From Anaeromyxobacter sp. (GTDB taxonomy: Bacteria > Myxococcota > Myxococcia > Myxococcales > Anaeromyxobacteraceae), in NCBI GenBank assembly GCA_049840735.1, contig JASGJN010000023.1:96001-160000 (forward strand): DNA of 64,000 bases, given 5' to 3'. How positions within the stretch are numbered: position 1 is the stretch's first letter; each line of letters starts with the position of its first letter. The notes beneath the pieces are model-generated. The model was not told the origin of the DNA. It did not search any database and saw only the letters and a program-made list of their open reading frames with translations. The translations under genes and the position numbers were made by a program. Below are positions 53,969-64,000 of this stretch, piece after piece.

Positions 53969-55966
53969 GAACGACCCGCCTGCTCGCCCTCCTCGCCCTG
54001 CTCGCCCCGGCCCTCGCGGCGCGGGCCGAGGTGAGCGAGGTCCGCCTGATGCCCCCCAGCGGCGCGCGCTTCCTCCCCGGCCAGCGCTTCGACGTCCGCG
54101 TCGAGGGCAGGAGCCTCTCCTCGTCGCCGGCCTACGCCGCCAGCCTCACCGTCGACGGGCGCCCCGTCGCCTTCACCTCCGCGGCCGATCCCGTGACCAC
54201 CGACGGGATCACGGCCAAGGGCTACGGCGGGTTCGACGTCCGCGCCTTCACCCTCCGCCGCCCGGGCAAGCACGTCCTCAGCGCCACCTTCACCGACGGC
54301 GCCGGCGCGCCCGTCACCGTGACCTCGGAGATCGAGGTGGTGCGCATCGGCAGCGGCCAGGGCGTGAAGAACGTGATCATCTTCCTCGGCGACGGCATGG
54401 GCGCCGCGCACCGCACCGCGGCGCGCATCGTGAGCAAGGGCGTGACCGCCGGCGATCCGGACGGCTGGCTCCACATGGACGGCATGCCCGGGACCGGGCT
54501 GGTCTCCACCTCCTCGCTCAACAGCATCGTCACCGACTCCGCCCCGGGCATGGCCTGCTACAGCACCGGCAACCACGCCCAGAATGGCCAGGAGGGCGTC
54601 TTCCCGGCCCAGGTGACCAGCCCGTTCCTAGCGCCGCGGGTGGAGTACCTGGGCGCCTACCTGCACCGGACCCAGGGCAAGGCGCTGGGCATCGTCTCCA
54701 CGGCCGACCTCGAGGACGCCACGCCGGCCGCCAACGCCGTCTACACCGCCAACCGCGGCGCCGGGACCGGCATCGTGGACCAGTACCTGGACGAGTCCGA
54801 CGCGGGCGACAGCGGCCAGTTCGGCAGCGGCCTGCGCGTGCTCCTGGGCGGCGGCCGCCGCTGGTTCGTCCCCTCGAACGCGGCCAACCCGTACTCCTCG
54901 CGCGCCACCGGCTCCGACTACGGCCCGCTCCCCGCCGACCTCGTGGCCGGGTGGGGCCTCCCGGCCGCCGCCGCCGGCAAGGTGGACGTGGAGCGCGACC
55001 TGGTGGGCGACTTCCAGGCCGCCGGCTTCACCTACGCGGCCGACAAGGCCGGGCTCGACGCCGCGCTGGCCGGCCGGCCGCGCCGGCTGCTGGGGCTCTT
55101 CGCCTGGGGCAACATGAACGTGGCCCTGGACAAGATCGACGCCCGCCGCGCCCGCGCCGGGGTGGCCGGCGCCAGCGACCAGGTGGTGCAGGACCACCAG
55201 GCGCCGGATCAGCCCATGCTCGACGAGCTGACCAGCGCCGCCCTGACCGTGCTGGACCGCAGCCGCCGCGGCTTCGTGCTGATGGTGGAGGGCGCGCACA
55301 TCGACAAGCAGTCGCACAACATGGACGCGGAGCGGGCCATCGGCGACGTGATCGAGCTCGACCGGGCCATCGGCGTCGGCCTGGAGTACGCGAGGCGCGA
55401 GGGGAACACGCTGGTGCTGGTGACGGCGGACCACGAGTGCTCCGGCTTCTCGCTCATCGGCGCGCTCTCCGGCCAGTCGGTGGCGCAGCTCCGCGGCCTG
55501 CCCTCCGACGCCGCGGCGCTCGATCCCGCCGTGGCTCCGCTGCGGCAGGCGGCGGTGGGGACCTACGACAGCGCCAGGTTCCCGCGCTACAGCGCGCAGG
55601 GCGACGGCTACCCCGCCTCCTACGACGTCGACGGCAAGCTGCTGGTCGGCTTCGGCGCCGGCGGCGACCGGTTCGAGAGCTGGCTGACGCCCGGCAGGCC
55701 CAGCCGCGAGAGCCTGACGCCCTCGAGGCTCGCCTCCGAGCTCGGCGCGAAGGGCTACGCGAGCAGCCCGGTGGCGCGCGCGGACAAGGCCGGCGGGTTC
55801 TTCATCCGCGGCCAGGCCGTGGGGCGGGAGCAGGCGGTCCACACCGCCACCGACGTGCCGCTCTCCGCCTACGCGAGGAACCCGTTCGCCTGGCTTCCCT
55901 TCGTCGGCGTGCAGCGCAACACCGACGTCTTCTTCAAGAATCGCGCAGGTGGTCGGGGACGATTAG
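53965..55966 (+). CDS. Alkaline phosphatase (PhoA family) with extra N-terminal domain; apparent +1 frameshift at ~55939
   Basis: NVIIFLGDGMG, VTDSAPG, DATPAA, LMVEGAHIDKQSH, VTADHE, HTATDV; removing one A gives TDVFFKIAQVVGDD-stop instead of a non-coding-like tail to 56325. Confidence 0.9.
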
Positions 55967-56168
55967 CCGGCTGCGCCACGGGCTGCGCCCCGCCCCGCCC
56001 CGCGGTGGCGGGGCGCACCTGCTTCAGCGCCGGTAGGTGCATGCAGTCGCGGCGGCGCGGATGTGCGACGCGGCCGCCGCGATATCCCTGCCAGCAGCGA
56101 CTTTCCAGCGGTCCCCCGCTCCCGGCAGCCGACCGACCAAGGGTAGACTCGGCGGGCGAGGGTAGACC

Positions 56169-59100
56169 GTGGCTCGTCCAGCGAAGGGCAAGACCCCGAG
56201 GTCCAGGACCGCGGGCGCGAAGGCTTCCGGCTCCGATCGGCGGCGGGCGATCCGCTTCGCGGTCTGGCTGCGCGTGGACTACGCCGCCGAGGGCCGGCGG
56301 ACCTTCAACTACTCGTCCAACCTGAGCCCGGTGGGCGTCCACCTGCGCGGCGCCACCCGCCTCGAGCTGGGCCAGGAGCTGCCCATCGAGCTGCGCCTCA
56401 AGACCGAGAAGGAGCCGGTGCAGCTGCAGGCCGTGGTGCGCCACGTGGTGGGCGGCGCCCAGGCCGGCGCCGGGCTGGAGTTCCTGCCCGGCCAGCCCGA
56501 GGCCATCGCCGCGGTCCGCCGCTTCCTGCAGGAGGAGGTGGTCGCGAAGCTGGAGGTGGGCCTCTCGCGCTCGCTGGCCAACGCGGCCAACGTCGAGCTG
56601 CTGGGCGCCTACTACGTCGAGACCGGGCGGGGCGACGAGGCGGTGGAGCTGTACCGGGGCGGCCTCGAGGCCACCCCCACCGCGCTGCCGCTGTACGAGG
56701 GGCTGTGCCGGCTGCTGGCGGTCCAGGCCCGGGGCGGCGGGGCGGGCGCCGCCGCGCTGGAGGAGCTGGAGGCGCGGCTGGCCCAGGGCGCCGAGGCGGG
56801 CGAGAGCCCGGTGCTGGAGGACCTGCAGCGCCAGGCGGCCGACCTGCGCCGCACGCAGGAGCGGCGCCGGCGCGAGGAGGCGCAGCGCGAGGCCGAGCAG
56901 CGCAAGCGGGAGGAGAAGGAGAAGGAGGACAAGCTCCGCGCCGCGCTGGCGAAGGAGGCGCAGGCCCAGCTGGAGAAGGAGCTGGCCGCCCGCCGGCGCG
57001 AGCAGGACAAGGAGCTGGAGGCCCGGGCCAGGGAGGCGGAGAAGGAGCTGGCCGAGGAGCGCCGCGGGCTCAAGGCCGAGCGGGCCGCGCTGGCCACCCT
57101 GGGCGAGGGGCTGAAGGAGCAGGAGGAGAAGCTCGGGCGCCAGGGCCAGAAGCTGGGGCAGCGCGCCGCCAAGCTGGACGAGGAGCGGCAGGCGCTGCTG
57201 GCCGACGTGGAGGCCCAGCGGGCGGTGCTGCGCGAGAAGGAGAAGGCGGTGGCCGGCCGCCTGGCCGGGATCGCCGGCGAGGAGGAGGCCGCGGCCGAGC
57301 GGGTCAAGGCGCGGCAGCGCGAGCTGGCGGCGGAGGAGAAGGAGCTGGCGCGCCAGCAGGCGGCGCTGGGCGAGGCCGAGAGGCTGGTGGCGGCGCTGGA
57401 GAAGGCCCGCGGGGACGCGGCGCAGCTCCGCCGCGAGCTGAAGGACTCCGCGACCGAGCGCGAGCAGCGCGAGGCGGCGCTGCGGGCGCAGGAGAAGGCG
57501 GCGGCGCAGGCGGCGCGGGCGCTGGAGGAGGCGCAGTCGGCCCGGGCGGCGCTCGAGGCCAGGCTGGAGAAGCTGCGCGAGGACCTGCAGGCCATCCGGC
57601 GCGAGGCGGCGCGCGCGGCGGAGCGCCAGGCGGAGCTGGAGCGCGAGGGCGCGGCGCTGCGGGCCGAGCTGGAGCGGCGCGAGGCGCGCGACGCGGAGGC
57701 GGCCGCGGCCGCCGCCGCCGTGGAGGCGACGCGCGAGCAGCTGGTGACGCAGGGCGAGCGGCTGGCCGAGCTGGCGCGGGCGGTGGACGCGGAGCGGGCC
57801 ACCTTCGCCGCGCAGCGCGAGGAGCTGGCGCGGCTGCGGTCGGCGCTGGACGGCGACGGCGAGCGGCTGGCGGGCGACCGCCGGGAGCTCGAGGCCGGAC
57901 GCGAGGCGCTGGCGCGGCTCCGCGCCGAGGTGGAGGCCGGGGCGACCCGCCTGGCGGAGGCGGAGCAGCGCCACGCCGGGGAGCACGCCGCCCTGGAGGA
58001 GGCGCGGCTGGGGCTGGAGACGGCGCAGGCCGAGCTGCAGGGCCGGGCCGAGGTCCAGGCCGAGGCGCGCCAGGCGCTGTTCGACGGCGAGCTGCGGCTC
58101 GCCGACGCCCGGGCGGCGCTGGCGGCCGGCGAGCAGCGGCTGGGCGAGGAGCGCGCGGCCCTGGAGGCGGCGCGGGCCGAGCTGGACGGCGCGCGCGCGG
58201 CGCTGGAGGCGCAGGCGCGGGGCGCGGCGGAGGCGCGCGAGGCGCTGGTCGCGGAGCGGGCCGCGCTCGACGCTGCGCGGGCCGGGCTGGACGGGACGCG
58301 CGAGGACCTGGAGGCCCGGCGCGCCGGGCTGGACGCGGCGCGCGGCGAGCTGGAGGCGCGCGGCCAGGCGCTGGCGGACGCCGAGGGGGCGCAGCGCGAG
58401 GCCGCCGGGCAGCTGGCGCGCGAGCGCGAGGAGCTGCAGGCGGCGCAGGCGCGGCTGGAGGCCGCGCGGGCCGAGCTGGAGGCGCGCGCGCAGGGCGTGG
58501 CCGGCACCGAGCGGTCGCTGGCCCAGGAGCAGGAGGCGCTGGCGTCGGCGCGGCAGGAGATCGAGGCGCTGCGCGGCGAGGTGGCCGACGGCGAGCGCAC
58601 CCTGGCCGCCGAGCACGAGGCGCTGGCCTCGGCGCGGGCGGAGATCGAGGGGCTGCGGCGGGACGTGGCCGCGGCCGAGCGGAGCCTGGCCGACGAGCGC
58701 AAGGCGCTGGCCATCGCGCAGGTGGAGCTGGAGGCGCGCGCGCAGGGGCTGGGCGGCACCGAGCGGAGCCTGGCCGAGGAGCGCCACGCGCTGGCGCTGG
58801 GACGCGCCGAGCAGGAGTCGCGCGAGGGGACCATCCGGGCCACCGCGCAGGCGCTGGCGGAGGAGCGGGGCGCGCTGGAGGCGGCCCGGGCCGAGCTGGA
58901 GGGCCACCGGCAGGCGGCGGCCGCGGCGGCCTGGCAGCTGGCCGACGAGCGCGAGGTCCTGGCCGGGCAGCGGACCGCGCTCGAGGCCCGGGCCGAGGCG
59001 GTGGCCGAGGCGGAGCGGGCGCTGGCCGGCGAGCGCGAGGCGCTCGAGGCGGAGCGGTCCACCACCGCCGAGGCCCAGCGCGCCGCGGCCGACGCGCAGG

Positions 59101-60671
59101 GGCAGGCCGCGGCCGAGGCGGAGCGCCGGCTGGCGGAGGACCGCGCGCTGCTGGAGGCGGACCGGATCGCCGCGGCCGAGGCGCGCGCGGCGGTGGAGCG
59201 GGAGCGGGCCGCCCTGGCGCAGGAGCGCGAGGCGATGGCGGCCGAGCGCGACGCGGTGCGAGGCGAGCTGGACGCCCAGGCCGCGGCGCTGGCCGAGGCG
59301 GAGCGCCAGGCCGGCGAGGCCGGGCGCCGGGCCGCGGAGGAGCGGCAGGCGCTGGAGGCCGCGCGCGCCGAGGGCGAGGTGCGCGCCGCCGGGCTGACCG
59401 GCGCAGAGCGGAGCCTCACCCAGGAGCGCGACGCGCTGGCGGCGGTCCGCGCCGCGCTCGACGCGCGCGCCGGCGAGCTCTCCGCGGCGGCGCAGGCCGC
59501 GGCGGCGGATCGCGAGGCGACCGCGACCGCGCGGGCGGAGGCCGAGGGCCGGGCCCAGGCGCTGGCCGCGGCCGAGAAGAGCCTGGTGGACGAGCGGGCG
59601 GCGCTGGCGGCCGGGTACGTGCAGCTGGAGACGCGGACCCAGGCGCTGGCGGCGGTCGAGAGCAGCCTGGACGAGGAGCGGGCGGCGCTGCAGCAGGCCC
59701 GCGCCGAGCTGGACGCGCAGCGGCACGAGGCGGCCGAGGCCCAGCGGCAGCTGGCGGAGGCCCGGGCGGCGCTGGACGCGGCCCGGGCCGCGCTGGAGGG
59801 TGAGCAGCGCGAGGGCGCGAGCGCCAGCCGGGCGCTGGCGGACGAGCGCGGCGCGCTGGCCCGCGACCGCGCCGAGCTGGAGGCCCGGGTGCAGGCGCTG
59901 GCCGCCGCGGAGCGCGGCGTGGCCGAGGCGGGCGAGCGGCTGGCGCGGGAGCGCGCCGCGCACGAGTCGCGCGCGGCCGACACCACCGCCATGGAGCAGC
60001 TCCTGGCCGAGGAGCGCGAGCTCCTGACCAGCGCGCGGGCCGAGCTGGACGCGCGGACGACCGGGCTGGCCGCCTCCGAGCAGGCGCTGGCCGAGGCGCA
60101 GCAGGCGCTGGAGGCGCGCCGGGCCGGGCTGGAGGCGGCCCGCGCTGCGCCGGCGGTGCTGGCCGCGGTGGCGCAGGCCGTGGAGGCGGGCGCTGAGGGC
60201 GAGGTGGCGGCGGCGCCGGAGCCGGAGCCGCAGCCCAAGCCGGAGCAGCCTGCCGCCGCCGAGGCGGCGCCGGCCGCACAGGCCGAGGTCGCCGCGGCGC
60301 CGCAGCCCGAGCCCGAGCGGCCGGTGGTCGCCGAGGTGGCGCCCGCCGTCGAGCCGAAGCCCGAGCCGGCCGCGCCGGCCGAGGCAGCGGTGGTCGCGCC
60401 GGAGTCCGAGGAGGACGAGGCCATCGTCACCGCCGCGGACTTCGACTCCGTCGAGGACGACGCCGCCGACGAGGAGGAGGCAATCGTCTCGACCGCCGAC
60501 TTCGAGGTGGAGGACGAGTCCACCGAGGAGGAGGAGGCGGTGGTGGCCTTCGACTCGATCGAGGAGGAACCCGCCGGCGGGCTGGCCGGCGCGGAGGCGC
60601 CGACCGCGGCGCTGCTCGAGGGCAGCGAGGTGGCCGGATCGGCCGCGCAGGGCACGCGCCCGCCGGTCTAG
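56169..60671 (+). CDS. PilZ-domain / TPR-like / very long coiled-coil protein
   Basis: RRRAIR and NLSPVG PilZ motifs; about 1100 aa of E/A/R/L heptads; Pro/Glu linker and acidic tail. Confidence 0.85.
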   Translation: MARPAKGKTPRSRTAGAKASGSDRRRAIRFAVWLRVDYAAEGRRTFNYSSNLSPVGVHLRGATRLELGQELPIELRLKTEKEPVQLQAVVRHVVGGAQAGAGLEFLPGQPEAIAAVRRFLQEEVVAKLEVGLSRSLANAANVELLGAYYVETGRGDEAVELYRGGLEATPTALPLYEGLCRLLAVQARGGGAGAAALEELEARLAQGAEAGESPVLEDLQRQAADLRRTQERRRREEAQREAEQRKREEKEKEDKLRAALAKEAQAQLEKELAARRREQDKELEARAREAEKELAEERRGLKAERAALATLGEGLKEQEEKLGRQGQKLGQRAAKLDEERQALLADVEAQRAVLREKEKAVAGRLAGIAGEEEAAAERVKARQRELAAEEKELARQQAALGEAERLVAALEKARGDAAQLRRELKDSATEREQREAALRAQEKAAAQAARALEEAQSARAALEARLEKLREDLQAIRREAARAAERQAELEREGAALRAELERREARDAEAAAAAAAVEATREQLVTQGERLAELARAVDAERATFAAQREELARLRSALDGDGERLAGDRRELEAGREALARLRAEVEAGATRLAEAEQRHAGEHAALEEARLGLETAQAELQGRAEVQAEARQALFDGELRLADARAALAAGEQRLGEERAALEAARAELDGARAALEAQARGAAEAREALVAERAALDAARAGLDGTREDLEARRAGLDAARGELEARGQALADAEGAQREAAGQLAREREELQAAQARLEAARAELEARAQGVAGTERSLAQEQEALASARQEIEALRGEVADGERTLAAEHEALASARAEIEGLRRDVAAAERSLADERKALAIAQVELEARAQGLGGTERSLAEERHALALGRAEQESREGTIRATAQALAEERGALEAARAELEGHRQAAAAAAWQLADEREVLAGQRTALEARAEAVAEAERALAGEREALEAERSTTAEAQRAAADAQGQAAAEAERRLAEDRALLEADRIAAAEARAAVERERAALAQEREAMAAERDAVRGELDAQAAALAEAERQAGEAGRRAAEERQALEAARAEGEVRAAGLTGAERSLTQERDALAAVRAALDARAGELSAAAQAAAADREATATARAEAEGRAQALAAAEKSLVDERAALAAGYVQLETRTQALAAVESSLDEERAALQQARAELDAQRHEAAEAQRQLAEARAALDAARAALEGEQREGASASRALADERGALARDRAELEARVQALAAAERGVAEAGERLARERAAHESRAADTTAMEQLLAEERELLTSARAELDARTTGLAASEQALAEAQQALEARRAGLEAARAAPAVLAAVAQAVEAGAEGEVAAAPEPEPQPKPEQPAAAEAAPAAQAEVAAAPQPEPERPVVAEVAPAVEPKPEPAAPAEAAVVAPESEEDEAIVTAADFDSVEDDAADEEEAIVSTADFEVEDESTEEEEAVVAFDSIEEEPAGGLAGAEAPTAALLEGSEVAGSAAQGTRPPV

Positions 60672-61201
60672 CTCGGCGGCGCCGCTCCGGGCGGGCCCTG
60701 CGCCGGAAGCAGGACGTCGTCCTGGTGAGCCGCGGCGCGGCGCGCCGCTGACACCTTTGGTGAAGAGGGGCGGTGGAGGGCTGCGCGGGCGCGGTCCGGC
60801 GCACGCGAATGGGCGGGCGCGGAGGTCGCACCGCCTCCATGAGAGGGCTCTCAGGGTTGGGTCGCTTGCCCCAGCGCGTGGTGCGATCGCCTTCGACTTT
60901 GCGTGGAATCGCAGCCCGGACCGACAGCAACCGCGCGTCCGTGTTGGCCGGCAACCCCGCACAGGCACGGCAAGAACCGGTCCGGGTCGGCCTCCGCAGG
61001 CGCCCCTGCGCCTCGCTCCGAACCCGCGGTGGGTAAAAAGTAAGAGCACCGGACCAATTGCGCCCGGTCACGGCGTGGTCTGCGCTCCCGCGCGCATCAT
61101 GCGACCCGCAAGGACGCGCCGATCCTCGACGGCGCGCGCCCGGGGGAGCGGGAGGGGCCCGCACTCCAGAGTCACAGGCAGGGTCGAGGGAGGGCAGTCC
61201 A

Positions 61202-63931
61202 ATGACATCTTCGCGTTCACTGTCGCTTCTCGCTGCGCTCGCCGCGTGCGTGCTGGCCGGCTGCTCCGGCTCTGACGGCGCGATCGGCCCGACCGGCCCG
61301 ACCGGTCCCACCGGTCCGTCCGGCAACGACGCCTCCGCGTACGGCACGCTGGTCGGCACCGTCACCGACACGTTCGGCAACGACGTGGCCGGCGCGACCG
61401 TCTCGTACCTGGTCGGGACCGACAAGGTCTCCGCCACCACCGACGCCAACGGCGCCTACTCCATCGACCTGGCGCCCGGCTCGCGCACCCTGACCTGGGC
61501 CGCCACCGGCTACGCCGCCTACGCGCAGGCCGTCGAGGCCGCGCCGACCCAGACCGTCACACTCGACGTGCGGCTCAACCCGGCCAACGGCGCGCGCGCG
61601 GTGGTGATCGCCGCCCGCACCGACACCACCTCGCCGGTGGTCCCGGGCACGACCGTGACCCTGAACGCGAACCTGGTCGCCTTCGACCCGGACCTGCAGG
61701 ACCAGGCCGTCACCTACCAGTGGACCGTGCTCTCCGGCCCGCCCGTCACCTTCAACGACGCCACCGCCAAGTCCCCGACGGCCACGCTGGCCGACCGGGC
61801 CTCCTTCAAGAACCGCGCGGTCGAGCTGGCGGTCCCGCACCTGAAGCTCTCGCCGGACGAGCCGGCCCTGAACCAGGACCGCTACCAGGTGGTGCCCTTC
61901 TCCTACGAGCAGGCGCTCACCTTCGCCCCGCTGACCAAGTTCAAGGTCGTGGCCACCGTCGGCGGCAAGTCCTTCAGCAGCACGGTCAGCGTCAACGTCA
62001 CCGGCATCCCGGTGGTCCCGACCACCGGCCTCGCCAACGTGCCCATCAACGCCCCGGTGGTGCTGCAGGGGCAGTTCCCGTTCAAGACCGACGAGGGCGA
62101 GTACGTGTGGCCGCTCCGCACCGACTACGCCTGGACCGTCACCGGCCCGGGCGGCGAGGTGACCCTGAACGACCCGAACGGCCCGTTCCCCGACTTCACC
62201 CCGGCGACCGCGGGTGACTACGTCGTCTCCGAGGGCGGCAGCGTGGTCCTGACCGTCCACGCCGGCACCTACGACGGCATCATGGCCGGCCCGGGCGCGG
62301 TGGTGAGCACCTGCGGCGCCTGCCACAGCGGCGTCAGCGTGCCCAACCCGTTCCCGGAGTGGCTCGAGACCGGGCACAAGGAGGTCATGTTCGCCGGCAT
62401 CATGGAGCCGCTGCCGGACGGCCACTACGCCAAGACCTGCACGCCCTGCCACACGGTCGGCAACGGCCGGACCGGCTCGGGCGGCTTCGCCGACGCGATG
62501 GCCTCGGAGAACCCGGACTTCGCCTCGCTGCAGGGTGACCTGAACGCCGAGGAGCACTTCTTCGCCCGCTACCCGGCCTCCGGCCGCCTGGCCGGCGTCC
62601 AGTGCGAGAACTGCCACGGCCCGCAGATGGGCAACGAGGAGCACGCGAACGGCAACATCTGGACCGACGCCGAGACCTCGCGCATCACCTACTCCGCGAG
62701 CGTGTGCGCCACCTGCCACGCCCGCGCGCCGAAGCACGGCCGCTACACGCAGTGGATCACCAGCTCGCACGCCAACAAGGCCACGGTGACGTTCAACTCC
62801 AACGAGGAGACGGGCGCGCTGTCCAACTCCTGCGCCTGCTGCCACAGCGCCCAGGGCTTCGCCGGCTACCGGTCCATCCTGCCCACCGCGAACGGCGACC
62901 GCTCGCTGACCCCGCTGCCGGCCGGGCTGAACATCTACAACGCGCAGCCCATCACCTGCCAGACCTGCCACAACTCGCACCACGAGGGTGACCTGTCGGT
63001 CGCCGAGTCCGAGAACCTGGCCACCGTCGGCCCGACCGAGGGCGCCACCTACATGCTGCCGTCCGGCTTCGCCGCCACCGGCGTGGGCAAGGGCGCGCTC
63101 TGCATCGCCTGCCACAACTCGCGCCAGGGCATCAACGGCGGCAAGCCCTACCTGCACGAGGACGGCGACGTGAAGTTCGGCACGCTGGCCAGCTACGGCG
63201 CGCCGCACGAGGCCGCGCAGGGCGACGTGCTGATGGGCCGCAACGCCTACTGGCTCGGCGCCGCGACCTACAACAGCCCGGCCACCCGCTCGAAGCACTC
63301 GTACATCACCGACACCTGCGTGACCTGCCACATGGAGCTGACGACGCTCGACCTCTCCGTCGCCGAGGAGGGCCAGACCCGTCACGACTTCAAGGCCACG
63401 CCGGACGTCTGCAACAAGTGCCACGGCGAGTACTCCACCGAGTCCGTGCAGGCGGCCTTCGCGCCGCGGCTGGCGCAGGTCAAGGCGGCCGTGGGCCAGG
63501 CCATCCTCCGCCTGAAGTACAACGACGCCATCCCGGCCGGCACCACCGCCGTCCTGGTGGCCAACCGCCAGGGCCAGGTGGACGTGACCGACGCCACCGG
63601 CACGCACCGCTGGTTCCTCAGCAACCGCGCCAACAACGACGCGTTCCTGGTGGACCCGAACACCGGTGAGCTGGTCTCCGGCTGCGTCGGCACCGAGACG
63701 CTGGCCACCTGCACCGGCTTCCTGGCCGGCGCGCCCGGCGTGGCCGCCATCGGCAGCAGCGCCACCCAGGACGCCACCGTGTCCGCCACGGGCGTGAACG
63801 GCGTGGTCGCCAAGGCGCTCTGGAACACCGTGCTGGTGCAGGACGACGCGTCGAAGGGCGTCCACAACCCGTCCTTCTCGTTCGAGGTGATGGACCAGAC
63901 CCTGGTCCACATCGCCAGCTTCACGAAGTAG
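61202..63931 (+). CDS. Large multiheme c-type cytochrome lipoprotein (9 CxxCH) with N-terminal beta-sandwich domains
   Basis: Lipobox LAG|C; (GPT)3; CGACH, CTPCH, CENCH, CATCH, CACCH, CQTCH, CIACH, CVTCH, CNKCH; C-terminal DASKGVHNP. Confidence 0.92.
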   Translation: MTSSRSLSLLAALAACVLAGCSGSDGAIGPTGPTGPTGPSGNDASAYGTLVGTVTDTFGNDVAGATVSYLVGTDKVSATTDANGAYSIDLAPGSRTLTWAATGYAAYAQAVEAAPTQTVTLDVRLNPANGARAVVIAARTDTTSPVVPGTTVTLNANLVAFDPDLQDQAVTYQWTVLSGPPVTFNDATAKSPTATLADRASFKNRAVELAVPHLKLSPDEPALNQDRYQVVPFSYEQALTFAPLTKFKVVATVGGKSFSSTVSVNVTGIPVVPTTGLANVPINAPVVLQGQFPFKTDEGEYVWPLRTDYAWTVTGPGGEVTLNDPNGPFPDFTPATAGDYVVSEGGSVVLTVHAGTYDGIMAGPGAVVSTCGACHSGVSVPNPFPEWLETGHKEVMFAGIMEPLPDGHYAKTCTPCHTVGNGRTGSGGFADAMASENPDFASLQGDLNAEEHFFARYPASGRLAGVQCENCHGPQMGNEEHANGNIWTDAETSRITYSASVCATCHARAPKHGRYTQWITSSHANKATVTFNSNEETGALSNSCACCHSAQGFAGYRSILPTANGDRSLTPLPAGLNIYNAQPITCQTCHNSHHEGDLSVAESENLATVGPTEGATYMLPSGFAATGVGKGALCIACHNSRQGINGGKPYLHEDGDVKFGTLASYGAPHEAAQGDVLMGRNAYWLGAATYNSPATRSKHSYITDTCVTCHMELTTLDLSVAEEGQTRHDFKATPDVCNKCHGEYSTESVQAAFAPRLAQVKAAVGQAILRLKYNDAIPAGTTAVLVANRQGQVDVTDATGTHRWFLSNRANNDAFLVDPNTGELVSGCVGTETLATCTGFLAGAPGVAAIGSSATQDATVSATGVNGVVAKALWNTVLVQDDASKGVHNPSFSFEVMDQTLVHIASFTK

Positions 63932-63939
63932 CCCGGTCT

Positions 63940-64000
63940 GCTCCGCCTCCGGGCGGAGCCCGAGCGGTCGGCCGGCGGGTCCTCCGGGGCCCGCCGGCTT
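63940..64000 (+). terminator. Twin hairpins, probable intrinsic terminator
   Basis: GCTCCGCC-TCCG-GGCGGAGC and GCCGGCGGGTCC-TCCG-GGGCCCGCCGGC-TT at the window edge. Confidence 0.65.

Noticed and set aside
55967..56325. C-terminal extension of alkaline phosphatase given by the ORF track
   Set aside because: Non-coding-like composition and overlap with the next gene; explained by one extra A at ~55939
56900..60130. Repetitive DNA considered as a CRISPR array or satellite
   Set aside because: Repeats are degenerate, in-frame and protein-coding, with no repeat-spacer structure or cas genes
55869..61049. Very long antisense and alternative-frame ORFs (1726, 1347 and 1032 aa) over the coiled-coil gene, and similar shadow ORFs throughout the window
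   Set aside because: Expected in high-GC DNA with few stop codons; low-complexity R/G/A/P/S translations with no motifs
60900..61130. Possible c-di-GMP/cGAMP (GEMM-I) riboswitch upstream of the cytochrome
   Set aside because: GCGGGGTTGCCG resembles the 3' end only on the opposite strand, and the conserved GGCAAA/GAAA/GCAAAGCC core is not visible; an Rfam scan would settle it

Overview
High-GC bacterial chromosomal segment whose gene content (multiheme cytochrome lipoproteins, many sigma54 systems, a Ser/Thr kinase, a PilZ coiled-coil protein) suggests an Anaeromyxobacter-like Myxococcota genome; the taxonomy is inference. I found no rRNA, tRNA, CRISPR array, transposase or phage genes. Main blocks: (1) a LysR/YceI and AraC/hydrolase/SnoaL region (1-4.6 kb); (2) a Tat-lipoprotein flavoenzyme with a 7-heme lipoprotein, an NtrC-type two-component system and a tatA copy, linked by a shared GTCCG-N6-CGGAC palindrome (4.7-10.5 kb); (3) msrA, GNAT, SDR and signalling genes; (4) a Ser/Thr kinase-TPR gene converging on a three-gene operon with two CsgG/HfaB-like proteins; (5) amtB with a KimA-like transporter, and modA; (6) a patatin/beta-barrel pair; (7) an ~18 kb sigma54-controlled polyamine/GABA uptake and catabolism cluster; (8) alkaline phosphatase, a 1500-aa PilZ coiled-coil protein and a 9-heme lipoprotein. 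At least five single-base frameshifts in four otherwise intact genes suggest assembly indel errors. All calls were made by eye from motifs; no database searches were run.
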